Assembly (NCBI RefSeq): GCF_051860585.1
Contig: NZ_JBHYDS010000011.1
Location: forward strand, 27,093 to 91,092
Origin: Hyphomicrobium sp.
GTDB taxonomy: Bacteria > Pseudomonadota > Alphaproteobacteria > Rhizobiales > Hyphomicrobiaceae
DNA: 64,000 nucleotides
Direction: 5' to 3'
Each line of letters opens with the position of its first letter. Position 1 is the stretch's first letter. The notes under the pieces were generated by a model. The model worked only from the letters and a program-made list of their open reading frames with translations, was not told the origin of the DNA and searched no databases. Below, piece by piece: positions 57,421-64,000 of the stretch. The position numbers and the translations under genes are program-made.

Positions 57421-58422
57421 ATGGAGAGCGAGCAGCCGTCGCACTCGGAAACCTTCATCGATCCGGATGCGATCGGGGAACTTTGCAAAGAGGTGTCCTT
57501 CGCGCCCGGAGAGGTTCTTCGCCGCAAAGGCCTGCACTACAAAAGCATGTACCTGCTGACCGACGGCGAGGTGGAGATCGCGCTCGAAAAGATGGGAACG
57601 GATCCCACGATCCTGACCCGCCAGCGCGGCTCGCCCATCGGAGAGATCAGTTTTCTAACGGGACGGCCCGCCACGGCAACCGTCACAGCCCGCACAACGA
57701 CCAAGGCACTCGTCATAAACGATGAAGTGTGGGCCATGCTGGAAAGGGACCATCCGGCACTCGCGGCCGGCCTCTACCGTCAACTCGCCGAAGTCGCGGA
57801 CGGACGGCAGAGTTTCAATCTGCTGTTTCATAAGGACGCCTCCGGCAAGCCACAAGAGGCAAGCGTTGAGGTCCGCCTCTGCCGCAACGCGCAGATGCTC
57901 CACCAGGCCCAGCGCATCCGGTACGAAGTCTACTGTGAGGAACTGGGACGCACGTCGCCCTTTGCGGACGTGGAAAACAGGATCATCGCCGACGAGCTCG
58001 ACAGCTTCGCGCATGTGCTCATTGCGCTGCAGGGCGACGAGCCCGTCGGCACGATGCGCCTCAACAGGGCTGCAGAAGGCCCGCTCGGCCCGCTCGTCGA
58101 ACTCTACGGCATGCAGAACTCAGCGCATCACCCCACCGCCACCTCCATCTGCACGAAGTTCATCGTCAGGAAGGCGCACCGCTACAGCAAGGCCTCGTTC
58201 AAGTTGATGGCGACCTCGATGGAGGTCGGCATGCGGACCAAAGTGAAGGAAAGCTTCATCGACTGCATCCCGCAATTGCTGCCGTTCTACATGTCGATGG
58301 GATTCCGGCAGAGCGCGCCGGCATTCCTGCACCGCGAAAACGGCCGGTCGATCCCGCTCATGCTCGACGTCGAGCGCTACGCCCCGCGCATCAACCGCCT
58401 CACGGGGTTTGTGCTTCGCTAG
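57421..58422 (+). CDS. cNMP-binding domain + FeeM/LuxI-like GNAT acyltransferase fusion
   Basis: GEVL..G..MYLLTDGEVEI..GSPIGEISFL..PATATV; then AQRIRYEVYCEELG, DELD, VGTMRL, YMSMGF. Confidence 0.8.
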   Translation: MESEQPSHSETFIDPDAIGELCKEVSFAPGEVLRRKGLHYKSMYLLTDGEVEIALEKMGTDPTILTRQRGSPIGEISFLTGRPATATVTARTTTKALVINDEVWAMLERDHPALAAGLYRQLAEVADGRQSFNLLFHKDASGKPQEASVEVRLCRNAQMLHQAQRIRYEVYCEELGRTSPFADVENRIIADELDSFAHVLIALQGDEPVGTMRLNRAAEGPLGPLVELYGMQNSAHHPTATSICTKFIVRKAHRYSKASFKLMATSMEVGMRTKVKESFIDCIPQLLPFYMSMGFRQSAPAFLHRENGRSIPLMLDVERYAPRINRLTGFVLR

Positions 58423-58642
58423 CCGGAAGTCCTTGCCAGCAGCGCCTTTCTAGGGAAAGGCCGCCACGCTACGGGCGGGGTGCAGGCGTTTACTGAGATC
58501 GATTGGGCGGCATGGATCGGGCTTAATGTGGCGCGCAGGAAAATCCTCATGGGGCAGGTCGAGATTCTCGATAGACTGGTAGAGTTGCGGACGCGGAAGC
58601 GGCCGTAGGCTTTGAGCGGCAAATTTTGCATAGGAGAGCATC

Positions 58643-58879
58643 GTGGACGATCTGGCGAAGTTAGTCGATGAAGCGCGGAAGGCCTATCAAAGCGGCAAGC
58701 CGGAGTTGGAGGTTCTCAAATCGCGCGTGGATGTCCTGCGGGCGACAGTCTCGCACATTGAGGCGCATGTTGCGCAGGGAAAGAAAGGCGACGCCCGCAT
58801 CATGCTCATGACGCTCGCGCGGATGGCAGACAAATATGCGCATGAACCGTTGGCCATGGAGGCGGGCGACCTCACCTAA
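58643..58879 (+). CDS. Hypothetical helical protein (78 aa)
   Basis: GGAGAG RBS, host-like codon usage. Confidence 0.55.
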   Translation: MDDLAKLVDEARKAYQSGKPELEVLKSRVDVLRATVSHIEAHVAQGKKGDARIMLMTLARMADKYAHEPLAMEAGDLT

Positions 58880-58896
58880 TCTTGCGAACCGCGCTG

Positions 58897-59103
58897 CTAT
58901 CGGCTCAGAAGCCACAGGATGAGACTCAGCGCGACGCTGATAAGCAGCGACGTGGCGATGGGCGCATAGAGCCGGAAGTTCTCGCGCTCGATAACGATGT
59001 CGCCCGGCAGCCGGCCGAGGCCGAGTTTGGTGAGGACTGGCCAGAGAAGCCCGACGGCAATAAGCACTATGCCGAAGATGATGAGCAACTTCGATATATG
59101 CAT
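58897..59103 (-). CDS. DUF2905 family membrane protein
   Basis: LGRLPGDIVIERENFRLYAPIATSLLIS. Confidence 0.85.
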   Translation of the reverse strand: MHISKLLIIFGIVLIAVGLLWPVLTKLGLGRLPGDIVIERENFRLYAPIATSLLISVALSLILWLLSR

Positions 59104-59229
59104 AAGGCGGATCCTCACGCTGGTTTGTACTTCGACACCGGACAAACGCCCGAGCCGGCTTACGCGCGGGAGCCTCGACTCGCGGTTGCGTCATCCGATT
59201 AACTTGGAAGAGCCTTCCACTCTATGGCC

Positions 59230-60324
59230 TCACTTCAACAACCCGCGGATCGCAGCCTGAGTGACTGCATGCGCCCGTTCGTAGACGGCCTCTCTCCACG
59301 AAACGTCGTCAGGAGAAAAGACTTCGACCAGCTGTTTGCGATACGTCTCGACGCCTGGATCCCTGGAATGATGGGCCCAGTTTTCATTGATCATGGCATT
59401 GAGGACCTGCAGCATCGGGTAGGTGCCAAACTCAAGCGCAACGGCGGACAGATGATTGCCGCTGTTCCGCGTATAGCTCAGCAGGTCGCCCGATAAGCCG
59501 GTCGATACGGCATCGCTCTTCTCCGGGTTTATGATTTCGTCGTTTTCAAAGCAGTCTGCCAGCACGGCTGAACGCCCGTCGCTGTATCCCGAACCGAAGG
59601 AAGAGCCCCATTGGCTGATGAGCTGTCCGCTGCCGCGAGGTCCAAGGCCCGTGTGATAGTCCACGACCATGACCTTGTGCTTGTCCGTCAGGCCCGCGAG
59701 AATCCGATCCCACGTGTTGCGAGACCAGGATGGTTTGTTCCCGCCAAAGAAAAGACCGGTAGGATGATTGTATTGGCCCTTGGTCACGGCTTCCCGCAGC
59801 GCCCATTTGCCTCTTCTGGCGACGAAAGAGGCGAATGCGATCCCCCGGCGCACACGAGTTAATCCACCTGGTCGCATGGTCAGCACGCCATGGAGTTCGT
59901 CGTACGCAGGATTGGGCAGAATGGCCGGAAAAGTTGCGAAGTTGCGATTGAGGTCGACACTATCCTCATTGACCCGGCGCTTGAACGCGGCGCCGTATGG
60001 GTTGAGGGCGTGAACGAGAAGGATGGCCAGATCCGCGTTGGGCGGTGGGCGCAGGCCGGATTGCACTTGAGCGACTTGCAGCCCTGATCCAGCCAAACCT
60101 TCAACTCCGTGCGTACCCGACACAAGGACGAGGACATTTTTAGCATGAGGGCTACCGAGCAGCGCGACGTCCGTTGCCAAATCTTCCCCGGATGGGCCGC
60201 GTGCGGTGTGCACATAGGAAGCGACCGTGCCCCCTGCGCTCTCAACGGCCTTGAGAAAACCGCTACGCGCCGTGGCGTAGTCATGCGGAAAGCATCGATC
60301 GGGCTTGAAGTCTCGCGGCGCCAT
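59230..60324 (-). CDS. DUF2817 / M14-like zinc carboxypeptidase
   Basis: SGTHGVEG, HALNPYG, RRVNEDSVDLNRNF, DYHTGLG, LEFGT. Confidence 0.88.
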   Translation of the reverse strand: MAPRDFKPDRCFPHDYATARSGFLKAVESAGGTVASYVHTARGPSGEDLATDVALLGSPHAKNVLVLVSGTHGVEGLAGSGLQVAQVQSGLRPPPNADLAILLVHALNPYGAAFKRRVNEDSVDLNRNFATFPAILPNPAYDELHGVLTMRPGGLTRVRRGIAFASFVARRGKWALREAVTKGQYNHPTGLFFGGNKPSWSRNTWDRILAGLTDKHKVMVVDYHTGLGPRGSGQLISQWGSSFGSGYSDGRSAVLADCFENDEIINPEKSDAVSTGLSGDLLSYTRNSGNHLSAVALEFGTYPMLQVLNAMINENWAHHSRDPGVETYRKQLVEVFSPDDVSWREAVYERAHAVTQAAIRGLLK

Positions 60325-60443
60325 ATCTGATCCTGGCCCAGAACTCTCAGCTTGGTCGGCGACTGTGGGACCGTTGCCGACCTGACATGCGGCCGAAGCT
60401 CCATAATATCATGAAGAACAGAAGCCGAGCCACCAAAACGCAG

Positions 60444-60532
60444 CCCTCATTTCTCCGCATACGCTCAGCCCATCCCACACAATCCGGGATGCACCTTTGA
60501 TGCATGCGTCCAGCATGACCTGCGAGCTGGGC
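60444..60532. repeat. Dispersed intergenic repeat, copy 3
   Basis: See 56435-56530. Confidence 0.75.
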
Positions 60533-60653
60533 TCCCGGAGTCGAACGCGGCCTAGGCCGATGTTGAGCCAGCCACAACCACGCCCTTTGACCAACCCGCG
60601 CCGTCCGCCCGCACTGCCGATCAGCCATGACGCGCGCCGAAGATTGAGTGTTC

Positions 60654-61253
60654 TCAGATCTCCGACTTCAGGTCCGCGAAGGCGTCACGCAGATGTTTCT
60701 CGGGGGATCGTTTACCGCCCGCCTCAACCCAAGCCTCGATAGCGAGACGTAGCGCGCCGATCGAAACCATCGCCACGACACGCAGAGCATTTCGTCTTTT
60801 CGGCTGAGGCCAGAGCTGGCATAGCGCTTCGAACAGCACCTGCTCCTGCTGCATATACTTGGCCTGTTTGCTTGCGCGCAGCCGCTCCGTGGAGCGCAGC
60901 AGCCGATCTATGACGATCAAGTGTTCGGAGTCGAAACGCGAGTTCAGCTTCAGGAGCGCATTGAGCACGGCGTCAAGCGGGGCCTGGTCCGTGGATTCCA
61001 GAAGCACGGCATTGTGGATCATGTCCCCGATGCCGCTCTGATACGCGAGAAGGATCTCTTCCTTCGACTTGAAGTAATAGAAGATGGTCCTCCGCGAGAC
61101 GCCCGCTGCCTCGGCAATGGCATCGAGGGTCGTCGCCTCATAGCCATTGGCCACGAAAAGTTTCAGTCCGGTTTCCGCGATACGTTGCAGTGTCTCCCTG
61201 CGCTTTTTCTCGCGCAGACCTTCGTGCTCTTCGCCCGGCGGGTCATTTTCCAT
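60654..61253 (-). CDS. TetR family regulator
   Basis: GLREKKRRET..GYEATTLDAIAEAAGVSRRTIFYYFKSKE. Confidence 0.95.
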   Translation of the reverse strand: MENDPPGEEHEGLREKKRRETLQRIAETGLKLFVANGYEATTLDAIAEAAGVSRRTIFYYFKSKEEILLAYQSGIGDMIHNAVLLESTDQAPLDAVLNALLKLNSRFDSEHLIVIDRLLRSTERLRASKQAKYMQQEQVLFEALCQLWPQPKRRNALRVVAMVSIGALRLAIEAWVEAGGKRSPEKHLRDAFADLKSEI

Positions 61254-61289
61254 GCCCGAATGTTGCCATGAATCGCACCCCTTGCAAAA

Positions 61290-61326
61290 TTACACCTAGT
61301 GCATAAATAGTTTGCACTGAGTGTAA
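61290..61326. promoter_or_regulatory. Pair of palindromic TetR operators
   Basis: TTACAC-CTA-GTGCAT and TTGCAC-TGA-GTGTAA between divergent TetR and SDR genes. Confidence 0.65.
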
Positions 61327-61351
61327 CAATTTCGGCGTAAGGGCGAAGCTT

Positions 61352-62278
61352 ATGACCAAGTGGACGACATCGGACTTATCTCCTCAGCGCGGCCGGTCGG
61401 CCGTCATCACTGGCACAGGCGGCCTGGGATACGAGACGGCCCTCGTGCTCGCTCGCGCCGGCGCAGATGTGATCGTCGCGGGGCGCGATCCCGCTAAAGG
61501 GCAAGCAACGGTCGCACGCATTTGCGACGCCGTGCCGAATGCGATCGTGCAATTCGAACTTGTCGACCTGGCCAGCCTGAAATCTATCGAGGCCTTCGGA
61601 AAGCGCTTGCGCGGCAAGCGCAGGAGCCTCGACCTGCTGATCAACAATGCCGCGGTCATGACGCCGCCGACTCGGATGGAAACGTCCGACGGTTTCGAAC
61701 TGCAGTTCGGCACCAACTATCTTGGACACTATGCGCTGACCGCCGAAGTCCTACCGCTTCTGGTTCAGGGAAGCAGCCCGCGTGTTGTGACGGTCTCGAG
61801 CGTCGCAGCGCGGAGCGGCTCGATCGACCTAGCCGACTTGCAGGCGACACGCGCCTACAGACCCATATCGGTCTACGCTCAATCGAAGCTCGCCAATTTG
61901 ATGTTCGCGTTCGAACTGCAGCGCCGAAGCGACGCGGAACGGTGGGGTATCGCCAGCATCGCCGCGCACCCCGGCATCTCGCGTACCGATCTCATTCACA
62001 ACGGCGCCGGACGCTTCAGTGCCGCCGGTTTCGCACGATCGTTTATGTGGTTTTTATTTCAACCTGCGGAACGGGGAGCGCTGCCGACGTTGTTTGCGGC
62101 GACCTCGCCCACGGCGCGCGCTGGCGGGTACTACGGTCCGGACAGGTTGAGCGAGACGCGGGGGTATCCGGCGCCAGCCAAGCCGCCGCAACAAGCATTG
62201 GATGTCGAAATGGCGGCGCGCCTCTGGGACGTTTCCGGCCGGCTGACCGGCGCGACCTTTCAATACAATGCGGCCTGA
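61352..62278 (+). CDS. SDR oxidoreductase (retinol dehydrogenase-like)
   Basis: TGTGGLG, LINNAAVM, FELQFGTNYLGH, YAQSK, AHPG. Confidence 0.95.
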   Translation: MTKWTTSDLSPQRGRSAVITGTGGLGYETALVLARAGADVIVAGRDPAKGQATVARICDAVPNAIVQFELVDLASLKSIEAFGKRLRGKRRSLDLLINNAAVMTPPTRMETSDGFELQFGTNYLGHYALTAEVLPLLVQGSSPRVVTVSSVAARSGSIDLADLQATRAYRPISVYAQSKLANLMFAFELQRRSDAERWGIASIAAHPGISRTDLIHNGAGRFSAAGFARSFMWFLFQPAERGALPTLFAATSPTARAGGYYGPDRLSETRGYPAPAKPPQQALDVEMAARLWDVSGRLTGATFQYNAA

Positions 62279-62453
62279 ACGGACACCCGCCAGCTGTCAG
62301 TCATTCGTGACGTGCCCCCTCGCGGCTATCCGGACGCGCTTGCGCTGCTAGGGCGAGCAAACCCCGCTAAATTTTTTCCTGCCATGAAAGGTTAAGTGTT
62401 TATCCATTTATTTCGGACACTTGTACGCATAGCCTAATCTAGATTCTTGGATC

Positions 62454-64000
62454 ATGACCATGCATATGCGTTCGCTTCCCGTCAAAATAGCGCTGGTTGC
62501 CGCCGCCACGATTGCAACCGTCTTCGGCATCGGCACCTACTTCCTGGCCTCCAACGCCGGCAGCGTGATCGATCAGCAGAACACTGAGATCCAGAACAGC
62601 ATCGCCCAGAGCCAGGCCCTCGACGCCAGCAAGACGCTGAATGTCGCAGCGCGCACCGCAGAGAACATCGCCGCCGTCGTCAGCGCCCTCAAATCGACCG
62701 GCGTCGTCGATCGCGCCGTCCTCGACGAAACGCTCCGCTCGCTGCTGGACAAGAACACCAATGTGCTCGGCACCTGGACGGGCTGGGAGCCGAACGCGCT
62801 CGACGGCCGCGACAGCGAATTTGTAGGCCACGCCGGTTACGACGCGACCGGTCGCTTCATGCCCTATTGGAACCGCGCCGGCGGCAAGCTCGTGCGCGAC
62901 GTCCTCCTGGATTACACCAAGCCCGGCGCCGGCGATTACTACATCCAGCCGTTCACGCAGAAGCGTGCCGTGGCGATCGAACCGTACCTCTACCCGATCG
63001 ACGGCAAGGACGTGCTGATCACCACGTTCAGCCTCCCGATCGTCGTCGATGGCAAGACGCTCGGCGTCGCCGGCATCGACATCAATCTCGAGAGCCTCAA
63101 CGAGAGCATGCAGAAGATCAAGCCGTTCGGAACCGGCTACGTCACGCTGGTCTCGAAGGCCGGCCTCGCCGTCACGCATCCAAACACGGCGAGCGTCGGC
63201 AAGCCGCTCGCCGATTTCGACGCGCCCTCGGCTCAGGCCGCCAAGCAGGCGATCGAAACCAGCACAGCCGTTTCGACCCATGGCACCGGCGCCGACGGCG
63301 CGGACTGGCGCTTCCTCGCGACGCCGATCGCAGCCGGCGGCAGCGCCGACACGTGGGCGGTCGTCATCGCCGTCCCCGAGGCGACCCTCCAGGCGACGAT
63401 TACCGAGACGCAGACCTCGATGGTCGGCCTCTCCGCCGCCTGCATCGTCATCGTCGCCGGGCTTCTGTTCCTCGCGCTCAGGTCCTTAGTCGGCACACCG
63501 CTCGAAGCGCTGACAAAATCCTTTGACCGCATGGCCGGTGGCGATCTCGACACCAACGTACCCGGCGCCGACCGCGTGGACGAAATCGGCAGCATCGGCA
63601 AGGCCGTGTTGCGGCTGCGCGACAGCCTGCAGGACAAGGCCCGCATCGAGGCGGACGAAAAGGCTGCGCGCGAAGCGGCGACGGCAAAGGACCGCAAGGC
63701 CCAGATGCATCGCCTCGCCCACGAGTTCCAGCAGGCGGTCGGAAGCATCGTCGAGACGGTCTCGTCCACGGCAAGCCAGCTCGAAGGCGCCGCGCTGTCG
63801 TTGACCGAGACGGCGGAGACGACGCAGCAGCTATCAAACGGAGCCGCGGCTGCGTCCGAACAAACGTCGGCCAACGTGGAAGGCGTCGCCGCCGCATCCG
63901 AGCAGCTCGCCTCGACGGTGACTGAGATCAGCCGCCAGGTTCAGGAGAGCAGCACGATCGCGACCCAGGCCGTCCACCAGGCCGCCAAGACCAACGATCA
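62454..64000 (+). CDS. Methyl-accepting chemotaxis protein (dCache + HAMP + signalling domain), truncated by window end
   Basis: Hand translation: TM1, GRFMPYWNR, YYIQP, IEPYLYP, GVAGID, TM2, HAMP (DRVDEIG), then VAAASEQLASTVTEISRQV; open to the end. Confidence 0.93.
   Translation, partial: MTMHMRSLPVKIALVAAATIATVFGIGTYFLASNAGSVIDQQNTEIQNSIAQSQALDASKTLNVAARTAENIAAVVSALKSTGVVDRAVLDETLRSLLDKNTNVLGTWTGWEPNALDGRDSEFVGHAGYDATGRFMPYWNRAGGKLVRDVLLDYTKPGAGDYYIQPFTQKRAVAIEPYLYPIDGKDVLITTFSLPIVVDGKTLGVAGIDINLESLNESMQKIKPFGTGYVTLVSKAGLAVTHPNTASVGKPLADFDAPSAQAAKQAIETSTAVSTHGTGADGADWRFLATPIAAGGSADTWAVVIAVPEATLQATITETQTSMVGLSAACIVIVAGLLFLALRSLVGTPLEALTKSFDRMAGGDLDTNVPGADRVDEIGSIGKAVLRLRDSLQDKARIEADEKAAREAATAKDRKAQMHRLAHEFQQAVGSIVETVSSTASQLEGAALSLTETAETTQQLSNGAAAASEQTSANVEGVAAASEQLASTVTEISRQVQESSTIATQAVHQAAKTND

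Noticed and set aside
1-64000. CRISPR array
   Set aside because: No regularly spaced direct repeats with unique spacers and no cas genes seen.

Overview
Window from a high-GC alphaproteobacterium (Hyphomicrobiales-like, inferred from the recJ-glpX-hom-alaC-phaC block). About two thirds (1204-44428, ~43 kb) is an integrative island inserted in the 3' end of tRNA-Glu(TTC), bounded by a 19-bp att repeat. It has integrase/excisionase at the right end and a Rep-like plus AlpA-like module at the left end. Cargo: an IS1111-type IS110 element with a readable bridge/seek RNA, a WD40-caspase and TPR-hydrolase pair, two unannotated paralogous secreted peptides next to an HTTM (gamma-carboxylase/SdpB-like) enzyme, a dead minimal tyrosine recombinase with dispersed palindromic sites, two RND efflux systems, a glnT-type amine/amide module and a Pycsar anti-phage system. 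The remainder is core genome plus small accessory genes, ending in a truncated chemoreceptor. All family assignments are from motif recognition by eye; no database search was run.
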